DNA of 64,000 nucleotides from the human T2T-CHM13v2.0 reference genome, Homo sapiens. How positions within the stretch are numbered: position 1 is the stretch's first letter; the number at the start of each line of letters is the position of its first letter. Shown here in pieces: positions 40,447 to 54,185 of the stretch. The stretch lies in assembly GCF_009914755.1 (NCBI RefSeq), contig NC_060938.1; one strand, written 5' to 3'. The notes beneath the pieces were generated by a model, which was not told the DNA's origin, made no database searches, and saw nothing but the letters and a program-made list of their open reading frames with translations. Both the position numbers and the translations under genes were made by a program.

Positions 40447-41492
40447 GTTTCTAATCAAAAGATCTTTGTGGTGAAATTCTAAATTAAAAGCTACCATTAA
40501 ATATGCTTCGATATTATTATCTCCAAAAAAACCCAATAACTTGTAATGAGAAACACCTGTCAGTCACTCATGGCTGTTCATCAACATACATTGTAGCTCA
40601 CACTTGACTCCCTGTATTCGTGGCTCAAGCAGCACTACTGATGCTTAGCAACTCATTTAAATTAGAGGTAGAAACCACCAATAGGAAGAAAATTAGTGAG
40701 CAAGGCAAAGAATGTTTAGGAAGTCTTGAAGAAATAAACCTTTATTTCATTAAATGGAACATCCAGTTGGAAAATTCTTAATGACAATCTGAAGAATTGA
40801 GGCATTCAAAACAAGGATTGCAGATGAATTAAATAATCAATTCAGTTGAATTAGGAATAAGTAAACATGACAAGTGAGGAATTAAAGATATAAAGTGCAT
40901 CTGGGGGAATGAGAAACATCTACAACTGAAGAACACAAAGATCTCATGTGCAATCATCTCATTTGTTTTCTCCTCTCCATTCTCTGATCTACAACTTTAG
41001 AAGAGCCTAAAATCTTCTAAAGTCTACCTTCCCTTTGAACTCAGTCAAGGGGCTGCTGAAATAGTTTAAATGAGAATTGTAACCATGATTAAACTTGTTA
41101 AAAAAGAGTTTCGTGTGAGAAGGGCGACAGTAATTTCTTTAAAATCATTTTTGCTCAAGTATCTTTTGGAAGGAGCACTCCTGAGACCTGAAGCCCGGAG
41201 AAGACTGAGAGCGCGGCCCTGTAACTGGGAGCTGCCCAGTCTAGCGGAGAAGACAACGGTGAGGCTCAGACTGACAGAGTGAATCTTTCCCATTGATTTA
41301 ATTGTATGCCATTTTACTTCCCCTTGTTGGTTTCTCTGCCTTCCCTTTCTCAAACAAACCAAAAAGCCCACAGTCTACGAAAGTGTTCATTTACTAAATT
41401 AAAACCAAATAAAAAGAATTCATTTTGAAAATTTTACTACACCTGTTTAGTTTATAGAAGTCACTCTGAGATGCCATAAAACCTGAGCTGGA

Positions 41493-41843
<351 letters not shown>

Positions 41844-41979
41844 TTATCACCAGTCTTCAAGTCTCCACACAATTTAAGTAATTTTCTGAGGACAGTGATG
41901 ATTTTTGTTGGACCAGAAATTAAGAAGATTGATTGAGGGAGGGAGAATGAGAGGACTTTTATTTCAACTGTTAGGATAG

Positions 41980-42467
41980 TGTTAGTCCAAACTGCACCAT
42001 TTTGTAAGCCCCTTGCCATTTCGCAGACCTTGGTCAGAGTGAAACATTCCACGGGGATTTGGGCCATGAAAAACATCCTGCCTAACCAACTGACCACAAG
42101 GCAGAGGAACATCCTTATCATACCCTGCCAGGCAAAGGCCCAACTGAAGGAACATCCCTATCATACCCTGCTGAGAAAAGGTCCAAGGAACATCCTATCA
42201 CATCCCACCAGAAAAAGGGCCAAACCACCTGATCATAGGAACATCTTACCAATATCCTGCTGGGCAGAAAGCCATACCACCCAGACCGCTGTCTCCCTAC
42301 CCCAGACCTATAAATTACCCCAGCCTGTAAGCAGCAGTGAGCTCTGGCATTAAATGGGTCCCCCACCTCCATAGGTCTTGTGCTGGAAATAAAACCTGTG
42401 TGGCTGAAGAGCTAACAACTCTCTCTGTGTCTTTCTTTAACCCTTGCTTTTCCTTCAAAACATAACA
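41980..42467 (+). mobile_element. Solo ERV1-class LTR (possibly LTR15-like)
   Basis: TGTTAG...TAACA termini, U3 tandem repeats, TATA (ctataaa about 42308), AATAAA about 42388, probable TSD GATAG/GATAT. Confidence 0.8.
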
Positions 42468-43399
42468 GGTATATCTTGAGAGACAGAAAAACTGGCTTCC
42501 CCCACCTCTGCAGGTCTTGTGCTGGACAAAAAACCTGCATTACCGTAGAGCTGCCAACTCTCTCTCTCTTTCTTTAACCCTTCCCTTCCCTTCACAACCT
42601 AACAGATATATGTTGAGAGTGTAGAAAAACTGGCTTTGAAGAAAAGCAGGAAGAGTATAGCTTTGAGTTTTTTGTACCATCTTTAATAGTAACCCTTGGA
42701 TATTTATTTGCCTTAGATTTCATAGCTTTAACATAGTAGTACATTTAATTAGAGATATTAAATATCTATTTATTCTAATGCTCTACTAAAGTTGTGTCTG
42801 GAAAACACAAAAAGCAATAAAATATAGGCCTTTGCCTTCTGGGCATTTGAAGATATTTAGGAAGGAAAAAAAGATACCTAACAAAATGGTTAAACAAAGC
42901 AATCCATCGAAAAAAAGAAAGAAAGAAAGAAAATAAATGGGGTCTACCCTCCACTTAGCCAGTTGTTTCACCAGAAGATAGCTCCACATTTAGAAAAACT
43001 CTCAATTCAACAGTGTAACATTTTTGGACACATGGCAACACAAATTTTAAAACTAAGCATTTAAATGTTTGCATGTCTGAAGACAAAAAAGTCATGTCAG
43101 AAGATCTGGTTATAAACCAAGATTGAGGGGACCTTTCTTCTGTGGCAGAAATCCCTCTGAATAATTCCACAAGCATAGCTCCAGTCATCCTCATTATCAT
43201 AGTTCTAAGGTCACATGGACTCTCTAGCTTGTGGAAATGTTAAATATCAGCAGATTCACCATAAACTAACACATTCATGTGTTAATTCTAAAGTGGGTAT
43301 AACCCTAGAAATGCCTCATTTCACCTCCAAACAGTGACAGGTATATTTAAGGCAACCTCCTCAAAAATCGATCAAGTTTTCAGAGACCATATTGAAATA

Positions 43400-43830
43400 A
43401 GGACTACTAGTTTCCCCTTCATTATCCATTTCCATTTCTTCTGTAGTAATAAAACCCTCATTTTAAAAATGAATATAGGGCTGCCTTAAATTAACATTAA
43501 AATTTCCAGCCTCTCTTGCAGCTATCTGTGGATTTTTGACTAAGTTCTGGCTCACAGGACATACTTATATATGAAATTTCCTCCTTTCCTTTACCCCTCT
43601 TTGCTCGCTGGCTGAAATGCAGATGTGATGACTGGAGCTGGACCATAAGGTGACCTTTTTAACAGAGGCCACATATAGCAAAGCAATAAGAATTTTTTTT
43701 TTAAGTCTGAGTTCCTGACACCTTGCTAACCCAGACCACTACCTCCCAACTTTGTATAAGATATAAATAAACTTCTATCTTTATAAAGTCATGATTATTT
43801 CTGGTTTTCTGTCACCAAATTAAAACCAAA
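43400..43830. mobile_element. Old ERVL/MaLR LTR (LTR33 or MLT1J-like)
   Basis: ttccagcctctcttgcagcta...gactaagttctggc...gcagatgtgatgactggagct. Confidence 0.6.
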
Positions 43831-43871
43831 TATTAATTTAAATTCTAAATGAAAAAATTAAAAACAATCAC

Positions 43872-44186
43872 CTAGAACTGCATACTTGAATATGGTAGCC
43901 ACTATTCACATGTGTCTTTAGCACTTCAAATGTGGCTAGACTGAATTTAGGTGTGTTGTAAGTATAAAATATACACTGTATTTTGAGGGCTTAGTATGAA
44001 AAAAGACAAAAATAGCTAATTAATAGCTTTTTACATTTATTATGTGTTGAAATAATATTGTCTTATGTTGGGTCAAAATATTTGTTAAAATTAATCTCAT
44101 CTATCTTTACTTTTATTGTGGCTAATAAAACATCTAGAATTACATGTAATAGTTCACATTTTATTTCTATTGAACATTGATCTAGA
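43872..44186. mobile_element. MER33-like hAT MITE
   Basis: aatatggtagccact...aaatgtggctag...tttctattgaaca; CTAG target at both ends. Confidence 0.8.
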
Positions 44187-46193
44187 ATATAAGCTTTTTA
44201 ATATAGATATCAAGTCAGTAGTTGTCTTCACTGAAGATCAAAAAGGACAAAGAAGGCAGACACTATAGCATTTCAGATTTAGGTCAGGCATGGGGTGAAT
44301 GTCATGCCAGCAGGTATTTTTTAAACAAGAATAGAAGATTGTTAATATATCTTCCAAAGAAAGTGTATCTTGGATGATTTTAACTGTAATTCTGTTTTAA
44401 GACAAAAATGAAATTAATGTACAATGTCTCCAAAACACAATTTTAAAACTATGATAACTAATACAAAACCCACTATATTAAGTAAAATTCTTATATGTAT
44501 ATATAAATACACATATACAAATGCAAATACATATGATACATTCTATTATACATATATAAAATAAGCTTTTATTGTATTTACTATTGTTTTCAAGGGCATT
44601 AATGGCATTATTTTTGATGTCATCGGTCTGATTTAAGAAGGTTATCTAAAGTTATTTGGAACTTAGTAGTCTGTTTGGCTAAGTTCCTCTTGTATTTGCA
44701 CAATTAAATTCTATTTCTCAATGGCAGAATTTGCAGGTTGGCTCATTCTGGCATAGCTAGCAAAATGATCATTCTGGCATAGCTAGCAAAATGGGGCTGA
44801 CCACACTAATAATTGTTTCAAAGCTCTCTATATTTAATAACAGTGATGCACCTCTTTCCCAAGACCTCTTGTCAAGTGCACACATATACAAATGAGCTAT
44901 GGTTTGTAAAGCAACTGTTTCTATGTAGGCTGGCTCTAACTTCTACAGATACTGTCATTTTTATATACATATGACTAAGAAATGGGTGTGCAGTAAAGTA
45001 TTGCAAACTTTTACTTTTTCCAAATGGAAAGGGAATTCTTTATTTTGACTAATGGAATATTCTGGTTTTTGGAAAGTCAATATGCATTTCAAGTTTCAAC
45101 ATTTGGATTATATAAAAATACAGTTAACTCAAGTACAGAGTCAGGCTTTAGAAAGCAAATAATAACCCCCTCCCCTCCTTTTTTCCCTCCAAGCTTGAAA
45201 GCAACTGGGAATAAGACATGAGGCAGATAAATTGAGATTTTTAAAAATCAGCTTTATTACTGAAAAAGCCATTGGGAAAATATGACTGTAAATCTGTAGA
45301 GAAAAGGGCTCACTAACATTCTCTACTCCCACTAGAACTTGCAACAACCCACAGGAGAGAAAGTCCGGGTTTGTGCAGGAGATTCACTCAGGCAAAATTG
45401 CTCCCTCCCACTACTAGTTCGGGGCACAAACAGATGAAAACAGAAGAAAATCCCCAGTATTTTTAGTCTTATAGTAGATTAGCTTCTCCAAGTCAAGAAA
45501 TGTGGGCCAATGAAGTCTCACATTCACTCTGTTAATTTCTCAAATATTTTATAGTAAAATGCTACAGATAGAAAAAGGATGAGGATAAATCTCTACAAAG
45601 TCAAAGCAGTACTGGTTTAGGGGTCTGTGGGGTAATACCCTCCCTACACATTGTGATTTAAATAAGGTTGGCTACAGTGGACATCTGTTGTTTTTGCCTT
45701 CGTAGCACTCCACATTTCTGGTGAGAACACCTTAGTTCTCCTTCATGAAATTCACCCTCTTCCTCTTATAGTACATAGGAGTCTGATGGCACTGACCCCA
45801 CCCCTCAGCCCAAGCCAATCAGAGCATTCTATTGAGTATCTGACCCACGTTAGACCAATCAGCCTGAATCCTAGAACTTGTTTTGAAACTACTGGGAAAA
45901 GGGCATCCTCTTTCCTTTAGGGTTTAAAAAAAGGCAGAATGTAATCCTGGAACTACCTGCAGATGTTCCTTTCCAAAAATAAAGCCAAAAAATAAATCAG
46001 AATGATGGAAACCTTCTGAGTCCCAATATTTCACTTGAATAAATCCTAGATCTACAGTTTTGTCCAAAGCCAATCCTACCCCTGGAAATTAACCTGTTGC
46101 TTATGAAAGCCAATGGATTTTTTAAAAATGTAAGCTTTTTTGAATTGGGTTTTCTTCACTTAACTTCAAAAAATCTAGATTAATAAATAAATT

Positions 46194-46241
46194 CTCTCTC
46201 TCTCTCTGTCTCTCCCTCTCTCTCTCACACACACACACACC
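46194..46241. repeat. (TC)n(CA)n compound microsatellite
   Basis: Directly visible. Confidence 0.9.
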
Positions 46242-46699
46242 CCTCATTCACAGATTTGTCACACAGCTGGAAATTGTGCCATAAGAGGACTCCTAGAAGT
46301 TACACATTGTCAATTAGGACATCTTAACTGTAAAGTCATTTACCAGCTTCGGGGGAAAAAAGAACAGTGGGAAAATGAACATTTTTATCAAGCATACTTG
46401 TATTTTTCTAAGTAAAGTTAAAGGATAAAGAGGCTAATTTCTTCTTCATTGAATCAGCTTCTAGTTAAAGGTTGATAATTAGCCAGGATATTTCAAATAG
46501 GACTGATTACTAAACGCATCTGGGGAATTTTTAAAACAGAAGCTTATAAACCTCTCTGTAAATCTACTAAATGATATTCTCTGGGTTATATTCTTAGAAA
46601 CTTAAACAAATTTCTACAAGTTACAAGTGATTAAATAATCAGACAGGTTTGCAAAATGTTGGTCTAAACTGAGCTGATGATAATGCACCCTGATAGTAT

Positions 46700-47160
46700 C
46701 CATTCACTTACTAATTCATTAAGGCATTACTTTTAGGTTTCTATTTTGCTAAATGCCACCGAAATGCAAGTATGAATAACACGTGGCCCTGACTCATTAA
46801 AGAGCTCACAGCCTGGTTCAAGAGACTGACCCTATGGGCTCTATGGAAGCATGAGTCAAGATCTGAGTGGACAAGTTGGGAAGGGAAAAAGGCTCACCCT
46901 GCTGGGATATATTGAGAGAAAGTTTTGAAAAAGAGGAGACAGTTGAAAACTAGTTATAGAGATAGGCTGGTGGAAAGGGAAAAAGAAAAGCATTGAGGCC
47001 TAGGGACTAGTGGATATGAAAGGATAGTGTGGTGAAAAGCCTTGGAATGCTCTGAAAATGATGAGTTTGGTGTGAATGAAGGAATTTCTGCAAAGTGGGA
47101 TGTGGGAGATGAGGAAGTAAGAGGTAATTAGGCCTTTGACCTATGAAATGCTCAGAATTT
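46700..47160 (-). mobile_element. L2 fragment
   Basis: cattcacttactaattcatt...ggccctgactcattaaagagctcacagcctgg. Confidence 0.6.
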
Positions 47161-47177
47161 GGGTTTTCTTGTGTGCC

Positions 47178-47589
47178 TCCTATAGTTTGTCTCCTCCAAA
47201 TCTCATGTCAAAATTTGATCCTCAGTGTTGGAGGTGGGGCCTAATGTGAAGTGTTTGGGTCATGGGGTAGATCTTTCATGAATAGATTAATGCCTTCCCT
47301 GCATGGGGAAGGTAAGTGAGTTCTCTATTAGTTCCCATGAGAGCTGGTTGTTGAAAAAGAGCCTAGAACCCCCACGCTCCTTCTTGCTTCTCTCTCACCA
47401 CATGGTCTCTGCACATGCCAGCTCCCCTGTGCTTTACACCATAAGCAGCCTGAGGCCCTCACCAAGAGTAGATGCAGACACCATGCTTCTCACACAGCCT
47501 GCAGAACCATGAGCCAAATAAACTTCTTTTCTTTATAAATTACCCAGCCTCAGGTATTGTTTTACAGCAACACTAAACAGACTAAAACA
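47178..47589 (+). mobile_element. MST (MSTB-like) solo LTR
   Basis: ctccaaatctcatg...ggaggtggggcctaatg...ccaaataaacttcttttctttataaattacccagcctcagg...cagactaaaaca. Confidence 0.88.
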
Positions 47590-49184
47590 CTGTCTCCACT
47601 GGTTATGTATCATCCACTGATCAACCCAGGTTACTCTCTTACTTTCCGCATGAAGTCACATTCCTTTCCAGCTTAAATTCCAAGGCCATTATTGACCTCC
47701 ACATGGATACATCCTCAATACTTCTCCCCCTTTTTTACTTTGCTGCATACATTTGGTTAAATCCCATCCTTGGTTAAATCTAACTCTCCCAGTCCTCTGT
47801 ACTAGGCATACACACAGCTAAAGGTGGATGGAGAAAAATCATAACCATACTGACTGATCTCACCTTACATTCCTGATCGTTAAACTCACTAGAGAGTAAT
47901 GCAGCCAGGCAATCATATTCTATTTACCTAGTCCATTCACTCTCCCATTTTCCTGGACCATTAAATTATACTTTTTCTTCTGTCATGAAACCTCCACCTC
48001 CCTTCACATTCTTACTCTCAGATGACCTTGCTTTCTACTTCACTGAGAAAACTGAGGCCACAAGAGGGCTTCTACACACCACCACCACCACCACATATAT
48101 CTACCTATCTGCTTCTGTGCCCATTGACTGCCCTCTCTCCTGCCCAAGCTCTGAGATAAAGCTAACCCTGTGACCTGTGCACACCCATCTTCTATCAATT
48201 CCTCAAGGACATTGCTCCAACAATTCTCCCTCTATCATGAATAATTTTTGTTCCCTATTGGATCACTCCCATTAGCATAAAAGCATCTTCTTATTCTTCC
48301 ATATTAAAAAATACTCCCATGACCCTACTCCTCTCTAGCATCTGCCCCATTTCTCTTCCTCCTTTAGAGCAAATCTCCTTGAAAGAGCTGCCTATAATAC
48401 CCACAGTCTCCGATTCATCTTCTTCCATTCTTCTTGAATCCCCTCTATAGAAACTGTTCTTTTCAGCAGCATCAGTAACTTCAATTCTTAGTCCTCATCT
48501 TCCTTGACCTATTATCACTCTATTTTCTTCATTTGGCTTCTAGAACACCACCCTTTCCTGGATTTTATCTCACCTTTCTGGCTAGGACTCAGTCTTCGAT
48601 GGTTCCTTATCATCTCTCTGACCTTTAAATATTCAAGTTCCCCAGAGTTCAGTTTTCAACCTCTTCTATTTTCTACCCACACTAATTCTTTTGGCAATTT
48701 CGTTCAGTCTTATTAATCTTTATATTAATGACCCTAAATATATATTTCCAGCCTGGAACTCTCCCATGAACTCCAGACTCCTAAGTTCAACTTCCTACTT
48801 ACCATCTCCACTTGCATTCCAATTAGAATCTCAAACCTAACGTATCTAAGAGCAAGCTCTACTGTCATCCTACCCACTAAACCCTGTTCCCTTTACAGCT
48901 TTCCCATTTCAGAAAATGTCAACTCCTTTTTCCAATTGCTCTGACCAAAACCTTAGAATCCTCTTTCTTTCACACCTTCCAACAAAAGCCTCATAAAACC
49001 TGCTGACAGCATCTTCAAAATGGATGCAGAATACAAACACCTCTCACCTCCTCTGCTGTTACCATCTTCGTCCAAGCTACCAAGAACTCAAGTACTGCAA
49101 TAGCCTCATGACCTAGGATGACCACATATCTTGGTTGCCCTGTAAAGTCCCTGTTTTTGCTTTTTTGCCCTGGATTAATGCTTT

Positions 49185-49567
49185 GTTTCCTTCCTTCCTT
49201 TCTTTTTCTTTCTTTCTTTTTTTCCTTCTTTCTTTCTTTCTCTTTCTTTCTTTCTCTTTCTTTCTTTCTCCCTTCCTTCTTTCCTTCCTTTCTTTTTTGA
49301 CAGAGTTTCGCTCTTGTTGCAATGGTGCAATCTTGGCTCACTGCAACCTCCGCCTCCTGGGTTCAAGTGATTCTCCTGCCTCAGCCTCCTGAGTAGCTGG
49401 GATTACAGGCGTGCGCCACTACACCCACCTAATATTTTGTATTTTTAGTAGAAACAGGGTTTCACCATGTTAGCCAGGCTGCTCTCGAATTCCTGACCTC
49501 AGGTTATCCGCCCGCCTCAGCCTCCCAAAGTCCCGGGACTACAGGCATGAGCCACTGCACCTGGCCC
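49185..49567 (-). mobile_element. AluSq/Sp-like with tail expanded into (CTTT)n/(CCTT)n at 49185-49298
   Basis: gagtttcgctcttgttgc start, short internal deletion, TSD remnant AATGCTTT at 49177 and 49568. Confidence 0.92.
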
Positions 49568-49902
49568 AATGCTTTCCTTTCTTTTAAAAGATGTCCTACT
49601 TAAATGACATTATATGACCACTCTACTCATAACTCTGCTTCTGCTATTGCCCTGCTTCTAACTGTCCTTTACACACAAGTCAGAGCAATAGTTTGAAAAC
49701 CAAGTCAGATAAAGTCTCTCCTCTTCTCAAAAATCTTCCAGTAACTCCCAATTACCCTCAGAGTGAAAGATAAAATCCATATAGGAGCTGTATAACAGCC
49801 TATAAATACCTATGTGATCTGGCCTCCAATTTCTCCTCTGACCTACTCTCCTGTGACTTGAAAACTTGCTGCTCTGGCACATTCCTATTACAGAGTTTGT
49901 TG

Positions 49903-51489
49903 GTTTTTTTTTTTTTTTTTTTTTGGGTTACATGAGTAAGTTCTTCAGTGGTGATTTGTGAGAGTTTGGTGCACCCATCACCCATGTACACACTGCATCA
50001 TATTTGTAGTCTTTTAACCCTCATCCCCTTCCCACTTGTCCCCTCAAGTCCCCAAAGTCCATTATATCATTCTTATGCCTTTGCGTCCTCATAGCTTAGC
50101 TCCCACGTATCAGTGAGAGCATACGATGATGTTTGGTTTTCCATTCCTGAGTTACATCACTTAGAATAATAGTCTCCAATCTCATCCAGGTCACTGCAAA
50201 TGCTGTTAATTAATTCCTTTTTATGGCTGCATAGAATTCCATCATATATATACACATATATATGGATATATATATACACATATATATGATATATATATAC
50301 ACATATATATGATATATATACACATATATATGATATATATATACATATATATCACAGTTTATATACACATATATGTATATATGTGTATATATATACATAT
50401 ATATGTGTATATATACATATATATGTGTATATATATCATATATATGTATATATATATACACATATGTGTGTATATATATATACATATATATGTGTGTGTA
50501 TATATATATGTATATATATATCACAGTTTCTTTATCCACTCATTAATTGATGGACATTTGGGTTGGTTCCATGATTTTGCAATTGTGAATTGTGCTGCTA
50601 TAAATATGCATGTGCAAGTTTCTTTTTCGAATAATGACTTCTTTTCCTCTGGGTAGATACCCAGTAGTGGGATTGCTGGATCCAATGGTAGTTCTACTTT
50701 TAGTTCTTTAAGGAATCTCCACACTGTTTTCCATAGTGACTGTACTTGTTTACATTCCCACCAGCAGTGTAGAAGTGTTACCTGTTCACCATATCCACGT
50801 CAACATCTACTGTTTTTTGATTTTTTGATTATGGTCATTCTTGCAGGAGTAAGGTGGTATTGCATTGTGGTTTTGATTTGCATTTCCTTGATCATTAGTG
50901 ATGTTGAGCATTTTTTCATATGTTTGTTGACCATTTATGAATCTTCTTTTGGGAACTGTCTATTCATGTCCTTAGCCCACTTTTTGATGGGATTGTATTT
51001 TTTTTCTTATTGATTTGAGTTCATTGTAGATTCTGGATATTAGTCCTTTGCCAAATGTATAGATTGTGAAGATTTTCTCCCACTCTGTGGGTTGTCTGTT
51101 TGCTCTGCTGACTGTTCCTTTTGCTATGCAAAAGCCCTTTAGTTTAATTAGGTCCCAGCTATTTAACTTTGTTTTTATTTCATTTGCTTTTGGGTTCTTG
51201 GTCATGAAATCCTTTGCCTAAGCCAATGTCTAGATGTGTTTTTCCAATGTTATCTTCTAGAATTTTTATAGTTTCAGGTCTTATGTTTAAGTCGTTAATC
51301 CATCTTGAGTTGGTTTTTGCATAAGGTGAAAGATGAGGACCCAGTTTAATTCTCCTACTTGTGGCTAGCCTGTTATCCCATCATCATTTGTTGAAAAGGG
51401 TGTCCTTTCCCCACTTTATGTTTTTGTTGGCTTTGTTGAAGATCAGTTGGCTCTAAGTATTTGGGTTTATTTCTGGGTTCTCTATTCTG
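49903..51489 (-). mobile_element. 5'-truncated L1PB1-like LINE-1
   Basis: Poly-T, 3' UTR tacatgagtaagttcttcagtggtgatttgtgag, ORF2 C-terminal peptides, TSD remnant TTACAGAG at 49888 and 51490. Confidence 0.9.
50243..50521. repeat. Compound (TA/CA/TG)n microsatellite within L1PB
   Basis: About 280 bp of mostly alternating purine-pyrimidine sequence. Confidence 0.95.
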
Positions 51490-53319
51490 TTACAGAGGTT
51501 TTACCCTTGCTTTTCCTTCTTCCTGTCTGCTCTTCCCTCAGACATCATTATGGCTTTTACTTCACCTCTTCCCAGTTATTACTCAAGTATCATCTCCTGA
51601 TTGTGGCCTTTCCTCCTGGACATCCAATTTAAAGTTACAGAAACACAGACACACTTCCTATCTTTCTCTGCTTTACTTTTGTTCTTAGCACTTATCATTA
51701 TCCAGCCTGCTACATATATTTTATTATCATCTCTCCATTGGAATGTAAACTACGTAAAAGCAGACATTTTTATCTGTTTTGTTTACTGCTGTATCCCTAG
51801 TGCCTAGAATAGTGCTTGGCATACTAAGAAGTTCACTAAATATTTGTTAAGTGAATGAATGTACAAAAGATGAACATGCAAATGATTATGTTCCATATTT
51901 GATAATATATCATGTACAATAATATACCAATAGAGGTATATTAAAGCATGACTTTATCAGATTTGGTTTTTGGTAAATAATAAGGAGGATAGGCTAGTGA
52001 AATGAGATTAGTGGCTTTTGCAAATAGTTTAGGCTGTTGCAAAAGATGTTGCATCCTGAACTAAGACTGTGGTGGTAAGAACAGAGAGAAGTACATGAGC
52101 TGGACTAGTTGGGATAGGGACTAGGAAAGTCAATGGGTAGTAAGGGTGTGTGAGGATTGCGGGTTAATACTACTTAATCTTATGCCAGAGGTGGGCAGAA
52201 AAGTTTGGCCAGCTAAGGAGTAGAAAAAGGGACCTAAAAGTGGAAGTTCAGCCTCCATGGCTATTGTAACTATCCCCACTCCTTTCCCTCTGGGTAAATG
52301 CCAGACAAACAAGAAAGAAGAGCATCTGAGATCCACATATCACTGTAAAAATGGTTTCAGATTGTGTTTACTCTTCTACTTATTAGCCATAACTGTGAAG
52401 TGATAGGAGCTACTTAACTATTAGAAGCTGGAAATGAGAAAAACAAAATAAATCTAGACTGATGTAGAAGAACGTTCAAATTCCTTTTGACTATTTTATT
52501 AAAGAATATGCATATCAAAGTACATATATAGTATACACATTCATGGATTAAAAAAATTACATTTATGGAAAGTGTGAAAGTTGCCATTAGAGCCAAAAGA
52601 AGCTGGTCAGCTTCATTGTCATAGATGCCAGCCTCCCAAACCTTACTCCTTCCTTCTGCCCGTCTTAAATCCCACCTAAAAAGTCCATGCGGAAAGCCCT
52701 GTGAATTCTGGGGCTACCTCTGGCCTAAACTGTACTACTCAAGGGCTTTCCCATACACTTTCTTCTTAAGTTGTCAGAAGCCCTAATGAGCCCTGCAGTA
52801 GTTAGCAGTAGTCACCTTCCTCTATTTCACGTTGGACAGGGCTACTGCCCATGGAGTGGAGTCTGAACACTGTAAAAGGGCACTAGCAAAGGGGGCCCAG
52901 CTAAACTGCATTCAGCAATCCCTCTTCATGCACTCTGATCTTTGTCAGGAGGAGACCCCTTTTCTTTGCTCAGAGATGCTGTCCATATGCTGCGCCTCTC
53001 CAGACCTTTTCCATTTCTACAAAGGTACTTTCCAGGTTATCAGGGCCCTGACTTAGAGGGCCTAAACTGGAATTGTTCCTCATCAATTTGATGTTTTAAA
53101 AATGCCACAGAGTCTCTGGTCCTGTTTGCATCCTAATTCTGCAACCTTTCCTTATGCTAAAAATCTATGGTTCCTATTACCTGATTTTTAACAACTGTTA
53201 AACAGATGCTGCAACTTATTAAATTAGAAGGAAGAATCCTACAGGGGAGCCTTTACAATATCCTGAGGTCAAAAAGTGGCAAACAGACTTATTCACTGGA
53301 AGCTGTAAAATATTTTCTG

Positions 53320-53480
53320 GTTGAGAGTCTGGCTCTCAAGTCAGAAGGCCTGAACTCTACTCTGCCACTATTGGCATGACCTTGTGCAAGTTACTTAGTT
53401 TCCCTGTTTGTAAAATAGGAATAATGGCAATACATACCTTAGGTGTAAATAAGATAAGGCATGAAAATATGTAGTATCAC
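53320..53480 (+). mobile_element. MIR
   Basis: ctctgccact...tgaccttgtgcaagttactt...tgtaaaataggaataat. Confidence 0.7.
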
Positions 53481-53726
53481 TCAAGAATCCTTTTTTTGAC
53501 ATTCCCTGCCTCTGCCCAATGGCTGTTTGTGGCAACTACTGACACCCTTCTCACTTCTCCTGACCTGCACTACCCCCTCTTCTTGTCACTGCCCAATTCT
53601 TCAAATTCTTGGCTTTGGCCCTCAACTCGAATCTTATTTCTAGCTTTTGGTTGTCAGGTTCTGCTCTGGATCACTTGCTATATGTATAACTTGGGGTAAA
53701 ATACTTTCCCCTTCCTAACGGTACCT

Positions 53727-54185
53727 GTAATCATTTCCTAGGGCTGCTGTAACAAATTACCGCAAACTGGGATTTAAAACAACAGAAATTTATTTTCTCA
53801 TAGTTCAGGAGGCTAGAAATACAAAATCAAGGGTCAGCAGGCCATGCTCCCTCTGAAGGCTCTCAGGAAGAACACTTCTTTGCCTCTTTTAACTTCTGGT
53901 GGTGACTGGCAATCCTTGGTGTTCATCCTTGGTGTTCCCTGGCTTGCAGTTGCATCAGTCCAAATTGCTGCCTCTTGTCATCACGTGACCTTCTTCCCTC
54001 CGTGGTCTGTGTCTTCACATGGCCTTCTTACAAAGACACCAGCCATTGGATTTAGGGCCCACCTTAATCTAGTATCACCTCATTTTAGTGGATTACATCT
54101 TTAAATACCCTATTTCCAAATATGGTAACATTCTGGAGTTCCAGATGGATATATATTTTGGGGAGATACTACTCAACCCAGTGTA
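53727..54185 (-). mobile_element. MLT1 (B/C-like) solo LTR
   Basis: tttcctagggctgctgtaacaaattacc...aaacaacagaaatttattttctcatagttc...ggatttagggcccacc. Confidence 0.85.

Larger units (their letters stand above)
47600..51862 (+). mobile_element. Long L2 interrupted by an Alu and an L1PB
   Basis: L2 body (cttcactgagaaaactgagg, ccagcctggaactctccc) and 3' end cctagaatagtgcttggcatac...aaatatttgttaagtgaatgaatg. Confidence 0.8.

Noticed and set aside
42100-42262. CRISPR-like repeat-spacer appearance
   Set aside because: Units are degenerate, spacers are related to each other, and they lie in a retroviral LTR of a primate genome; no cas genes.
49015-50656. K/E/R-rich and Y/I-rich ORFs
   Set aside because: Translations of (CTTT)n and (TA)n microsatellites.
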